A stretch of DNA of 64,000 nucleotides from assembly GCA_965207375.1 (NCBI GenBank), contig CBDBMG010000002.1:128001-192000 (forward strand), read 5' to 3'. The DNA is from Nitrosopumilaceae archaeon (GTDB lineage Archaea; Thermoproteota; Nitrososphaeria; Nitrososphaerales; Nitrosopumilaceae). Shown piece after piece: positions 1 to 11,473 of this stretch (within the stretch, counting starts at the first letter, position 1; each line of letters opens with the position of its first letter). The notes under the pieces are model-generated. The model saw only the letters and a list, made by a program, of their open reading frames with translations, was not told the DNA's origin and made no database searches. The translations under genes were made by a program, and so were the position numbers.

Positions 1-717
1 TGAATTGGTTGCCCTGGTCTTACGGGGCCCACTGAGAAGTGAATTCCACACTAAACGTAATCGACGATGGTAGGAGTCCACAATAAGCTTTTTGCTCTTC
101 ACACAAACCAGTCCCTCTGCTTCAAAAAAGCCTAAGTACTTGTATGTCTCGCCAACATTCAACCGACGTATGCTAGAGCCATCAGGGAGGGGTATGTCAT
201 CAGAAGATACAACTTTACCTCTTGACACTAAACACCTTGCACACTTGTCAAGCCCAAAACTAAGGCGAACATCACACGAAAACATGTGAACAGTACGGAG
301 CAAGGTATTCAGCTGTGTATCAGACTTAGCAAAAAGCTTCAAGTCATCCATGTAAAGCATATGATTAATTTGCCTATCTGATGTTGCCTGGTAACCACTC
401 ATTGGATGTAACAACATACTCAGTGGGTTGAGTGCCAGGCAAAACAACAAAGGGCTGAGTGTGTCAACTTGGAAAATTCCACATCTGATAGAAACATCAG
501 CCAATTTGACTGGATCACATTTTGGCATCCCAAGATACAAGGTGGTACTCCACAATCCAAGTAAACACTCAACACACTGTACAACAGTAGGATGAGTGGA
601 CAATTTTTGAGTTACGAAGTATCATAACTCAAAAGATAACTAGAAAACTGTAAGCAAAACACGAAAGGGAGACTGACCAGCAGCGAAGTCAGCACCTCAC
701 GCCACGATCACGTGATC
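1..717 (-). mobile_element. R4/Dong-like non-LTR retrotransposon, internally deleted (5' end plus RT fragment)
   Basis: Minus strand translates IRCGIFQVDTLSPLLFCLALNPLS...INHMLYMDDLKLFAK...FGLDKCA...TYKYLG, RT motifs typical of R4-clade elements. A short 5' leader and MILRNSKIV start at ~625 join directly to the RT. Confidence 0.8.
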
Positions 718-798
<81 letters not shown>

Positions 799-1086
799 AT
801 GTAATGATGCTAGTAATGTGACTACTATAGCTACTAACTAGCATATAGCCAATTATGCTATTTAGTACTCATGCATCACATGTGAGTTTATTATATAGTG
901 TCTGTATTTATAAATACCATGAATTCATATTTCATGAGTTTTATATGAAGAAGCGACCGAACGTTGTGACTCAATATATAAGTGGGCGTGTCTTTCATGC
1001 AGCATAGCTGTGAAAGAAGATAGCATGCAGGAGCAGGAAGGCAACAGATATAGACAACTACAGTTCATCTGCAGTGCTAGCATTAT

Positions 1087-1508
1087 TAGTGCTGAGCGAT
1101 AATAAAAATTTTACTATCACGATAGTTGCAGAGCAACTATTCCGATAGTGAAAACTATCCCGATAGTTAATGAAGGGGTACATTTTACTTGCCATTTGTA
1201 CCAAAGTATTATAATAGTGCCATCAATATAGTAATGTATATGTTATTATTACACCAAAAAGCCTTGAAAGTAAACTAGTCAGCTTACACGAGGAGATGGA
1301 ACTTGTTTGAACATCTTCAAGTGTAAGCATCTTTAAGTATAAACATCTGTATAAAGTTTAACTTTACTGTTTGGATATGTTACCATCCATAAAACCACCA
1401 AAAATTTAATTAAAAACTATCACGATAGTTATTTAGTAAAATATCCCAATGTCAATAGTAATTTACTATCGCGATATATCGCACTATCGATACTATCGCT
1501 CAGCCCTA
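1087..1508. mobile_element. Non-autonomous hAT-type MITE
   Basis: TIRs tagtgctgagcgata / tatcgctcagcccta; perfect 8-bp TSD AGCATTAT (1079-1086, 1509-1516); subterminal actatcg/cgatag repeats. Confidence 0.9.
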
Positions 1509-2094
1509 AGCATTATAGCTACATAGTACATAGCTCAATTGGCTAATCAACAGATCAACCTATTATATGCTGTTACAAGTTGGTACAACCTACATACTAC
1601 AAGATGTTAAATAAACTTAGCATAAACAGACAAAGTGTTACAAATTAATTTACAAGGTGTTATAAGTAAACGTTGCTACGTAGCTTGCTACACAGGGAAC
1701 TATGTATACATACACAGAGTTTTACTAGATAAACTAAAGTAGCTAGCTACGTATAGAGAAGCTATAGGTAGGCACGTAACTAAGACAGCTAGCTATATAG
1801 GTAGCTACAGGCATAAACAACAGGGTCATCAAATAATGGAATTTCTTGTAGTACTGATAACTGTTTTGATAAATTCTTCCCTAATCTTCTCTGCTTAGCT
1901 GTAATTGCAACCCTTCCACGCTGCATGTGTATTCTCGGTTCCTTCTCGACCTCTGCTCCTGCTCTTCTAGTGACTCTCTATCTCTTCTGGTGGTATACCG
2001 ATTTTAGTAGTTAATAACGGTCTCATTATCATACCAGTATTGTTTTTCTTGACACCAAAATACCAATTCAAAAGTTTAAAGAGTGCGCATGTAT

Positions 2095-3290
2095 CAACAA
2101 AAGTGGCGGATAGCCGGGAAGAGGAGGATGCAGTGAACGATGATGTGGTTAAAAGAAAAAGAAATACAAAGTCTTGTACTTAGGAACATTTCAGTCCTAA
2201 AACTACTGAAGATGGAAAGCCAGTTGAAGATGGTAGTGCTGCTTGCCATTACTGCAAGCAAACTGTAATAGTGCGCAATGATAGTTTTCACACCTTTGTA
2301 CGCAGCACCCAGAGAAGTATGTAGTTGCAGTGAAAGCAAAGAAGAAAGCTGAACATTTAAGGAGAACAGACAAGTTTTCCAAAGTCTCTTCAAGTAGTAG
2401 TACCCAGAGTTCAATCAATGAATCATTCCCTCAAATGAAAAAGTATGATAAAAGAGCAAACAGTGGCAGAAGCTTAGTATTTAGCAAAGGATATGATACC
2501 ATTATACAGTATTAAAAAACCTGAATTTAAAGAGTTGGTTAGCATTTTTGATAAACCATACGAACTTCCTTCCAGGAAGTAGCTATTACTCTCAGGTTGC
2601 TATTCCATCATTATACACCAACACCAGGGATAAAGTAGCCGAATAAATCAGCCATTTGGGATATTAATCAGCAACTACAGATTTGTGGTCAAGTGAAGGA
2701 ATGAAGTCTTATTTGTCATACACCATTCACTACATTGACAATTGGGAAATGAAATCAAGGTGTCTCCAAACAATGTTTATGCCTCAAGATCACACAGGAG
2801 AAAACTTAGCTGATGCTATGAGAAGCACACTAGAAACATGGGGATTAGAGGAAGGAAAGCAAATATGCTTAACAACTGATAGTGGACATGGTGAATGCTG
2901 TGTCAAGGCTGAGATTGTCTTGCTTGGCCACAACCTTCACCTTGCTATAACCAACTTTAGAGTGTGATGACAGATGCTCACGAGCTCTAGGACTTTCAAG
3001 GAAGATAGTGAGTGCTTTCGCGATGTCATGGAAGAAGAGACGTGACCTTGCAAAGGCACAATTAGATCATGACTTGCATGCTCTCTCACACATTGATTGC
3101 AGATTGTCCAACTAGGTGGTGGTCAGCTCACAAAATGGTGGCTAACATTCTTGAGCAGATTACAGCTATTCACCTGGTATTAAGTGCTGACCACAAACAT
3201 TCTCATTTGTTACCAACTTGGTAGGACACTGAAGTTCTTGAAGTCATCAATGATGTGTTGTATCCATTGGCAGATTTGACTGATCTTTGT
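2095..3290 (+). pseudogene. Degenerate hAT (ZBED1/Ac-like) transposase
   Basis: BED-finger remnant plus PSRKY(Y)SQVAIPSLY, TDLWSS, YTIHYID, HTGENLA, LTTD and ADCPTRW motifs, with several stops and frameshifts. Confidence 0.85.
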
Positions 3291-4335
3291 CACTTAACAC
3301 GTAATCTACACCATTAATTCTGCAGTGGCACGAACCATTACATGCATTTCTATGGAAACACAGTAATTGATGCCAACTGCATACGGAGAATAACACTGGA
3401 AGCACGTGTAAGGTATCCGCTTTACATCGTAGTTTATAGTATAACTACGTATGTAGGTGTCCATTACACAGCCAACTCACTAGTTTGGAGCTCGCCCCAA
3501 TGAACTCGTATTTCAAAACTCAATCATCTAAACCTACGTATGTATAGCTAGCAATCTACGTACGTACTAGTATCATTTGCAGCCAACCAAACGTAACTAT
3601 GTACTTATATTTTGTAGTGGGCTAGCATTAGCCTCGATGGGGTACCACCTATGCACTTCTAGAATGCATTTGTAACTATCGCGATTACCAAAGTATCACG
3701 TCCTACGACAGCTTAGGCTTCCACAAAGCAATGATGGGATCATGGCTAAGCGGGATCACCAACTCGCCAATCCAAAGACAAGGAAGCATATAGTCACAGC
3801 AAGGAGCACTGTGTGTGCTCGAGGTACACTAGAGTAAAACATGTGCACTCGTTACCTTAACTTGTATAGCTGAACTCTATCATAGCTATGTAGTATTCAC
3901 ATTATCATCCTTAATCCTTTTACTAAAATATGGAAAACTTTAATGGCTTCATAATGATGTATGCCTCATAACTGTTTATAGTAAGCTCTACTGTTACCGT
4001 ATATTAAAACCCACAATCACTTTGTACATGTTGCAGTATATATAAGAGATGAAATTAAAGTTCAACAAAGGAATCGTAACTCTATTTAGAGTACGTACTT
4101 TTTGCTCTATCCAGAGAGGCTTAATATATTAGGGTTGAAATCAGGTCATATGAAACTGAAGTGAAGAAATGTCATCAAGTTAATGTGTTACATTTCATCA
4201 AGTCTTACCATCTAAAAACCATGTGAACTCTAGATCTGTATGGCTATCTTCTGTGTAACTAATATTAACTGTACTGGTTACCCTCCCATATTTTCATGAA
4301 GAGAAAGAAAACCATACTAACTCTTATTTAAATTA

Positions 4336-4563
4336 CCGTATAGCGTAAATTATTGATGACGGAAAATTTTGACGAATTTGACGAATTGTAAGTGATTCGT
4401 CAAAATTTCATTCATCAATGTTCTCACGTGCCTCAGAAAATGGCGTTACTTTAGAATTAGAATTTTTACAAACGCCATGCATTCATCAATTTTTTACCCG
4501 TCAATTACATCTTGAAAAGCGATTCGTCAAAATTTTCCACCGCCAATAATTTACGCTATACGG
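4336..4563. mobile_element. Tc1/mariner-pogo-type MITE (CCGTA termini)
   Basis: ~40-bp TIRs ccgtatagcgtaaattattg... / ...caataatttacgctatacgg; TA on both sides. Confidence 0.88.
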
Positions 4564-4863
4564 TACGTATGTAATGGATTTTGTAATGGTGCATATTAAT
4601 TAGAGATATTGTATAAAAGCACATGATTGTACAATTTTATTCAGTCTATGATAAATAAAGACTTGAAGAGTGTAGCGACCTTCTCTCTCTGTGACACATA
4701 CATAGCTATCTCCCCAGCACTTGCTCCTACGTACCGGTACTACTATAGTGAGTGTTTCCCACACTCCAAAGGTTTCAAAATGATACGTATTATAACTTGT
4801 AGCTTTAATAATGAGCTCTACTGTTATAGTAATGATAATAATTAAAACCCACAATCACTTAAA

Positions 4864-5810
4864 ATCCACAGTGTGCTATATATTATCCACAGTGTGCTAT
4901 ATTATCCACAGTGTGCTATATTATCCACAGTGTGCTATATTATCCACAGTGTGCTATATTATCCACAGTGTGCTATATTATCCACAGTGTGCTATATTAT
5001 CCACACTATATTATCCACAGTGTGCTATATTATCCACACTATATTATCCACAGTGTGCTATATGTGACCGGGCCTGCGAAAATCAACCATCTGGTTGCAT
5101 AAAAATTGCCTCATTTTTTCAACTTTGCGCTTTCATAACTCATGATCCTTTTAAAACAACAACACAGATTTTTTACCACACATGCAGCATTTAATGGAGA
5201 ATCTTTTAAAACTTACAGAATGCTGATATTTGATTCAGAACTAGAGATATTCATTGTTATGTAACCAGGTGTAATTTGCGCTCACATGGTTGATTTTCGC
5301 AGGCCCGGTCACATATTATCCACAGTGTGCTATATTATCCACAGTGTGCTATATTATCCACAGTGTGCTATATTATCCACAGTGTGCTATATTATCCACA
5401 GTGTGCTATATTATCCACAGTGTGCTATATTATCCGCAGTGTGCTATATTATCCACAGTGTGCTATATTATCCACAGTGTGCTATATTATCCACAGTGTG
5501 CTATATTATCCACAGTGTGCTATATTATCCGCAGTGTGCTATATTATCCACAGTGTGCTATATTATCCACAGTGTGCTATATTATCCACAGTGTGCTATA
5601 TTATCCGCAGTGTGCTATATTATCCACAGTGTGCTATATTATCCACAGTGTGCTATATTATCCACAGTGTGCTATATTATCCACAGTGTGCTATATTATC
5701 CACAGTGTGCTATATTATCCACAGTGTGCTATATTATCCGCAGTGTGCTATATTATCCACAGTGTGCTATATTATCCGCAGTGTGCTATATCATCCGCAC
5801 TATATTATCC
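4864..5810 (+). repeat. 19-bp minisatellite (TTATCCACAGTGTGCTATA)n, ~36 units, split by a MITE
   Basis: Near-perfect 19-nt periodicity; explains the repetitive ORFs at 4811-5901. Confidence 0.97.
5063..5313. mobile_element. MITE with TGTGACC termini inserted in the 19-bp array
   Basis: Perfect ~28-bp TIR tgtgaccgggcctgcgaaaatcaaccat; duplicates a TA of the repeat unit; related copy at 44729-44955. Confidence 0.9.
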
Positions 5811-6293
5811 CCTTGATCATAATACAGTACTGTTCTATAATTTCCCTTTCATCATAACAATTGTGCCACAACCCACAGACAGCATTCTTGTCAGGAGGTA
5901 ATTGTTTGTTAACACCTACCCATGTTAACACTTACACAAATATGTGCATGGACCTGTAATGTTGTTCTCCCAAGATTTGACAGGTGCCTCCTACTTTTTA
6001 GTGCGTATTCAAAACTATCACAATCGCCAAAGTATCATAATCCGCGAAGGAGAATTAATAATTTAGGCTTCCACAAAGTGATGATGGATGGCTAAGCGGG
6101 ACCACCTACTCACCAATCCAAAGACAAGAAAGAACAAACTTGCAGCAAGGAGCGCCGTGTGTGCTTGTGAATCACTCACAAGGCAAGTCAGAGGTCACAT
6201 GAATAAAACATGTGCACTTGTTACCTAGCAGCTGTAGCTATGTACGTAGTATTTACATTATCATCCTAGCCTAGTTGTTAGGCTTCAACCACT

Positions 6294-6568
6294 AACGATA
6301 ATTTAGATAAATCGATTATCGAGATAATAAGTTCATTATCGTGATAAAGATAATAATTTTATTATCGTGATAATAGTAAATTTCCGGATACTATTGTATA
6401 CTACATGAAACATACAAATACGTTAGTACACAGAGCAATTTTGGAATCAAAATATATGCATAATACCCTATCATAATTTATCGTGATAACTATAGTTTAT
6501 TGAGATAATTTTGTAGTGCATTATCGGCATTATCGAGATATAGGTTTTTCCATTATCGCACAGCCCTA
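6294..6568. mobile_element. Left-truncated hAT-type MITE related to 1087-1508
   Basis: Right end tatcgcacagcccta and many ttatcg/cgata subterminal motifs; absent from the paralogous unit at ~9340. Confidence 0.65.
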
Positions 6569-6901
6569 ATGGTTAAAAATTTTAACTTGCCATATCTCCC
6601 CAGCGCTAGTTCCTATATACATACTATAGTGAAGTGTTTCCCACACTCCAAGGGCTTCATAATGATATTACAACCCATAGCTTTTATAGTGAGCTCTACT
6701 GTTATAGTTAATGATGAAAAATTATAATCCACAATCACTTTGTACATGATGCAGTATATAAGAGATGAAATTAAAGTTCAATAAACAGGATTTGTAACTT
6801 CATCAATACATGTCTAATGAAATTTTTGGAAAGTCCCTCTATCCAGAGAGGCTTGTTATAAACAAGCAGATGTACCATCATTAAGTATGGTAGTACTTAA
6901 T

Positions 6902-8339
6902 AGTAGGGATTGGTAAGAAATTGTACGGCTTCGGGAAATTTCGTGCTTTAAAAATCAACCTTGCAATAGGCTTTACCCGAAAAAACCAGCTGGAATGCAT
7001 TGGTAAGGCTGGAATGATGCTGTACCTTGGTTAAACGAAACGACAAGTCGAATATTTTGACCTACAGCCAACTTTGAAAATTTCAAAATTCAACTGTATT
7101 TCGTCTGCCAGCCTGCCTGCCGTAAGACCAGGTTGCGCTAGGTGTAGGGCTCCAGAAATTTCACACAATAAAGGTAATGGCGGCGGATTAACGAAAATGT
7201 TATTCCGAAGACGATTTACCCACTGCGCCATGGCGATTCCCTTTATCCTTCATTCCTTTCCTTGTTCTTTATGTATTCCTTAGCAAGGTGTGAATGTCAC
7301 CGAAGGTGACGATAGCCTGTAACGGCTTCTGCTTATTGCGTCACACAAAAACCCGGCTTGCACGTGATATCGAGTGTACTTGCGTGTACTTTATTACTTA
7401 ATCGCATAGCTTGTATATATTTTGCCGTTAGTAGCCGTGCAATTATTCTCTAATTGCACAGCAATATTCAGTAATTGCACAGTAATATTCAGTAATTGCA
7501 TGGTAAAATAGCCAACCAAAATTCACTATGCTGGAAGCCGTTTAAGTGCAACAAGCAATGATGCAATAAACAGCGAATGAAATTGCATAGCACTGGGGAT
7601 TCATAGTAACCGACTTGCATGGCAACAAAGTAATGATTACAGGCGCAATGAATACTCCATAGTTTGTAGAAGAATTTCTCAATGTTAACGTCTTAGGAGT
7701 CAATTCTGAACGCGGAACTGCTAAAACAAGCGATACGGAAGGAATAAGATTTGCGACCGTGCCTCAGATTGGAATGAGCGGCGTGCCTCAGGTTAGAGTG
7801 GGCGTCGTAGGCCGTGCAATGCGATTAATAGGCAATCACACGCATTTTCGTGCAATTCAAGAATAATTGTACACGTAACAGTCAAATTGCACTCGGCTTC
7901 GCCTCGTGCAATTACTTGACTGTTACTGGTAAAATTATTCTCGAATTGCACTCAAATGTGTGTGATTACCTATTCTTATTACATCGTGAACTTCGAGATT
8001 ATAGCCTTGGACAAATAGCTTTTGCTGTTTTTCGAGCGTTATTTGCTATCACACAGCTGCTTTGCCATGTCAGCGCATTGTTAACAAGCGCCTGTAAACA
8101 AGCATAATTATTACGTAAGCGCTAGTAAAATTTTGTGCGCCTGCTGAAAGATTAATATGAATGCTTAGCATGTATAAAAAGTAAACAAACTAGAATGATA
8201 AAAAATTAAAAAATTAAAAGGTAAGTAGGGATTGAATTTTGGATTCAATAGTGCTACAAAAAGTAAGGAAACAAGGAATAAGATTTTGGGACGAGAGAAC
8301 ATTCTGGCATGAGATAATTTATAAAAGTTTATCCCTACT
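6902..8339. mobile_element. Putative non-autonomous TIR element (agtagggat...atccctact) with an internal hairpin element at ~7827-7975
   Basis: 9-bp terminal inverted repeat; lies in an insertion relative to the paralogous unit at ~9840; TSD not resolved. Confidence 0.5.
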
Positions 8340-8516
8340 TTTGGTTCACTTCAGGTTTGCCAAAAGTAGGGATTAAACTTTTATAAATTATCTCATGCCA
8401 GAATGTTCTCTCGTCCCAAAATCTTATTCCTTGTTTCCCTACTTTTTGTAGCACTATTGAATCCAAAATTCAATCCCTACTTACCTTTTAAATTTTTAAT
8501 TTTTTATCATTCTAGT
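8189..8516. repeat. Long inverted repeat (~156-bp arms, 15-nt loop)
   Basis: 8189-8344 is the near-exact reverse complement of 8360-8516; loop ttcacttcaggtttg. Confidence 0.93.
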
Positions 8517-8517
8517 A

Positions 8518-9028
8518 CCGTATATTGCAAATTGTTCGAGGTGGAAAAGTTTCGCGGTTGCAGAACTCAACTGTAATTCGCTGGAAAACATTCGCGGTTG
8601 GCCCTTCTCGAGCGACTAATTTATCGCAATTTTGATTGCTCCAACTTGAAAGGAAGGTTTTGCCGAGCGATGGAGTTGAAATAACCAATCAACAACAATA
8701 TTATTCATCTTCTGTCTCACATGTGACCTCACGTGTATATCAGCATGACCACAAGCTCGACCACGAGTGCGGTTGATGAATTTGAACGAGTAGTTGCGTC
8801 CGAGGATATGTATACCAAGACACATGGACACCAGTTATTAGTGAATTAACAACTTGTGTGTAGAAGAGAAGACAGCAATCCTTTCTTGTACGATTTAAAA
8901 TATTTGTACAACGCCATTTTACAACTTATTATCAAAAGGAAATTATTTCACTGGAAAAGTTTCGCGGTTACCAACTATTCCGCGAAAACCGCGAAACTTT
9001 TCCACCTCGAACAATTTGCAATATACGG
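8518..9028. mobile_element. Tc1/mariner-pogo-type MITE (CCGTA termini)
   Basis: ~40-bp perfect TIR ccgtatattgcaaattgttcgaggtggaaaagtttcgcgg; TA flanks. Confidence 0.9.
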
Positions 9029-9456
9029 TATTATATGACTTGGTTAAATGCCATAGCAACTATTAGTCGTCTTTGCAAAATGACAGTATTCACTAGTCAA
9101 GTGCAGCTACTATCTGAGGGCGGCATTCATTGTAATGTAACAATCGAAAACCAGGCAGTTTTATGGTACAAACAATTCTATTCTCTGTACTGATTCAAAT
9201 AGAAGCCGCGGTGTTTATTCAAGGGAAGTCACAAGGTAATTCAGAGGTACACATGAGTAAAGTTTATGCACTCGTTACCTTACAGCTGAGCTCTACTAGT
9301 ATTCACATTATCATCCTAGCCTATTTGATAGGCTTCAACCACTAATTTGTATGGTAATCCTTATGGAAACCTTTTAACCTCTCATATCTCTCCAGCACTT
9401 CCTCCTACATACTATAATGAAGTGTTTCCATTCACTCCAAGGGCTTCATAATGATA

Positions 9457-9673
9457 CCGTACTCGTACAAATTTTCGAGGGACGTATATTTCGCGGATGC
9501 CACAAATTCAGCATTTTCGCGATTTTATTTTCGAGGACCACCGGATTTTGTATTGGTAGATTATGTGCGCACTATTATAAAATATAAATTTTCGAGGACT
9601 TAATTTTCGTGAACCACACGTTATCCGCGAAAACAGCGAAATTTACGTCCCTCGAAAATTTGTACGAGTACGG
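9457..9673. mobile_element. Tc1/mariner-pogo-type MITE (CCGTA termini)
   Basis: TIR ccgtactcgtacaaattttcgagggacgta; TA TSD supported by the empty paralogous site at 6666-6667. Confidence 0.93.
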
Positions 9674-9842
9674 TATTACAATCCATAGCTTTTATAGTGA
9701 TAAAAATTAAAACCCACAATCACTTTGTACATGATGCAGTTTATAAAAGATAAAATTAACATTCAGCAAATGATTATTGTGATCGTAAAATTTTTGGAAA
9801 GTCCCTCTATCCAGAGAGGCTTATTATAAACAAGCAGATGTA

Positions 9843-10278
9843 CTGTATGGACTTGGTTAAATGCAATGGCGACCATTAGTCATCTTTGCAAAGTGATAGT
9901 GGCCACTAGTCAAGGGCAGTTACTATTCAAGGGCGGCGTTCATTGCAATGTAACAATCAAAAACCAGGCAGTTTACGGTAAATACAATTCTATTCATTAT
10001 ATATAACTCTAAACTACTCGGTACCTTCATAACAGATGTAATATTTTTAGTAAATCGAGCTCCCTCGCAATCTACGTAATTGTCTGCATATGCGCATTGT
10101 AAGTGAACTGTCTTTAAAATGATTATTAAAATAGCGACTATTTTTCCTGAACTGATTCAAATTGAAGCTGCGGTGTTTATTCAAGGGGGGCATTTCTTAT
10201 CTAGTACTTCAATAATCAGCAGCAACTATTCGAGGGCGGCAACCATTAAAGGTGCAGAGTTTAACCAAGTAAATATGG
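9843..10278. mobile_element. TA-flanked MITE (partial copies at ~9034-9225 and ~21537-21660)
   Basis: Imperfect TIRs ctgtatggacttggttaaa / tttaaccaagtaaatatgg; TA flanks. Confidence 0.7.
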
Positions 10279-10672
10279 TACCTGTGGGTGTAGGCCTAGT
10301 TAGTCTCTTATGCTTAGCTGTCTCCTACGTATATATCTACCTAGTCTTGTATGCCTATGTATTTCATTATTTATGGTACACTATAGAGGTGTAATGATAC
10401 ACAATTTGGGTGTATCGATATATTGCCGCTTTTGTATCACGATACAGCGATATATTGTACAATACAGTTGAATGTGAATTAGCTGATTTTTAGAACTTGT
10501 AGTGGAACACTCATGAATAACATTATACACCACACTTACTCTCTTGCATCATGCATTATATATTATTTAGTTAACTATACACAATAACTGTAACAGATGT
10601 TTCATTGTTCTGTATGCTCTTGTATTATTGAATCCCTCAACAATGGTGACCCTGACAAACTAACTGACCGTT

Positions 10673-11452
10673 ATGGACGAACACGCCGAACAACCACGCT
10701 TGTCAGCAGTTTCTATCAAGCTCCCTGTTTTCTGGCCATCAGATCCACAACTATGGTTCGCTCAAGTGCAAGCACAATTCTCCACGCGTGGAATCACCAA
10801 TCAGAAAACAATGTTTGATCATGTGATAGCTTCGTTGTCACCAGAATTCGCGGCAGAAGTTCGTGATCTTATTCTCACGCCACCGGGAGAAACACCTTAC
10901 GATGTTCTTAAAGCACAGCTGATTAAGAGAACTGCAGCTTCCGAACAAAGACGTTTACAGCAGTTATTCAGTGCCGAAGAGTTAGGCGATCGTAAGCCCA
11001 CTCAGCTACTCCGCCGCCTGCAACAGCTGGTAGGCGATACTCCTGACGCCGATGGAGCTTTCCTTCGAGAACTATTTTTGCAACACTTACCAAACAACGT
11101 TAGAATGGTTCTAGCATCTACTCGTGGTGACACATCCATCGACGAGCTCGCACAATTAGCCGACAAAATAATCGAAGTCGCCATCCTGCAAGTAGCCAGC
11201 GTCTCTACTCAACCAAGCTCCTCTGACATAGAAAGTTTACATGCCGAGATCGTCTCCCTCAAGCAACAGCTTAAGACTCTGCAACATACTCCTCGCCGTG
11301 GTCGTTCGCCACACCGCCGTTCTACCAGCCCAGCTCCGCCTCCTCAGCAATTTTCCGATACAGTCTGCTGGTATCACAGGACTTTTGGCAACGCTGCTCG
11401 CAAGTGTACACCACCGTGTTCTCGCCAGGGAAACGAGACGGCCAGCCACTGA
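10673..11452 (+). CDS. gag: Gypsy Gag protein (259 aa)
   Basis: KLPVFWPSDPQLWFAQV, LGDRKPTQLL and C-terminal CWYH..FG..A.KC..PC knuckle. Confidence 0.9.
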   Translation: MDEHAEQPRLSAVSIKLPVFWPSDPQLWFAQVQAQFSTRGITNQKTMFDHVIASLSPEFAAEVRDLILTPPGETPYDVLKAQLIKRTAASEQRRLQQLFSAEELGDRKPTQLLRRLQQLVGDTPDADGAFLRELFLQHLPNNVRMVLASTRGDTSIDELAQLADKIIEVAILQVASVSTQPSSSDIESLHAEIVSLKQQLKTLQHTPRRGRSPHRRSTSPAPPPQQFSDTVCWYHRTFGNAARKCTPPCSRQGNETASH

Positions 11453-11473
11453 TGGCGACCAGTGTCACTGGCC
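11428..11473 (+). promoter_or_regulatory. Candidate -1 programmed ribosomal frameshift signal (gag-pol)
   Basis: Slippery heptamer G_GGA_AAC in the gag frame; 5-nt spacer; stem ggccag...ctggcc; the -1 frame reads GKRDGQPL... into the protease. Confidence 0.75.

Larger units (their letters stand above)
3675..10280 (+). repeat. Degenerate local duplication (about 4 partial paralogous units) broken up by insertions
   Basis: Shared blocks: ttaggcttccacaaag (3714, 6063); agtgtttcc..actccaa.gg.ttca.aatgata (4751, 6633, 9421); ccacaatcactt (4010, 4849, 6729, 9713); ctctatccagagaggctt (4105, 6837, 9805). Confidence 0.8.

Noticed and set aside
5040-5340. Repeat-unique-repeat pattern resembling a CRISPR array
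   Set aside because: Repeats are head-to-tail with no spacers; the single interruption is a TIR-bearing MITE; no cas genes.
4864-5810. Each 19-bp unit contains TTATCCACA, the bacterial DnaA-box consensus, resembling an oriC or iteron array
   Set aside because: The context is eukaryotic (spliceosomal introns, LTR elements) with no bacterial genes; a single 9-mer amplified in a minisatellite is enough to explain it.
4811-5901. ORFs of up to 203 aa (YYPQCAILSTVC repeats)
   Set aside because: Translations of a stop-free minisatellite, open in all three frames.
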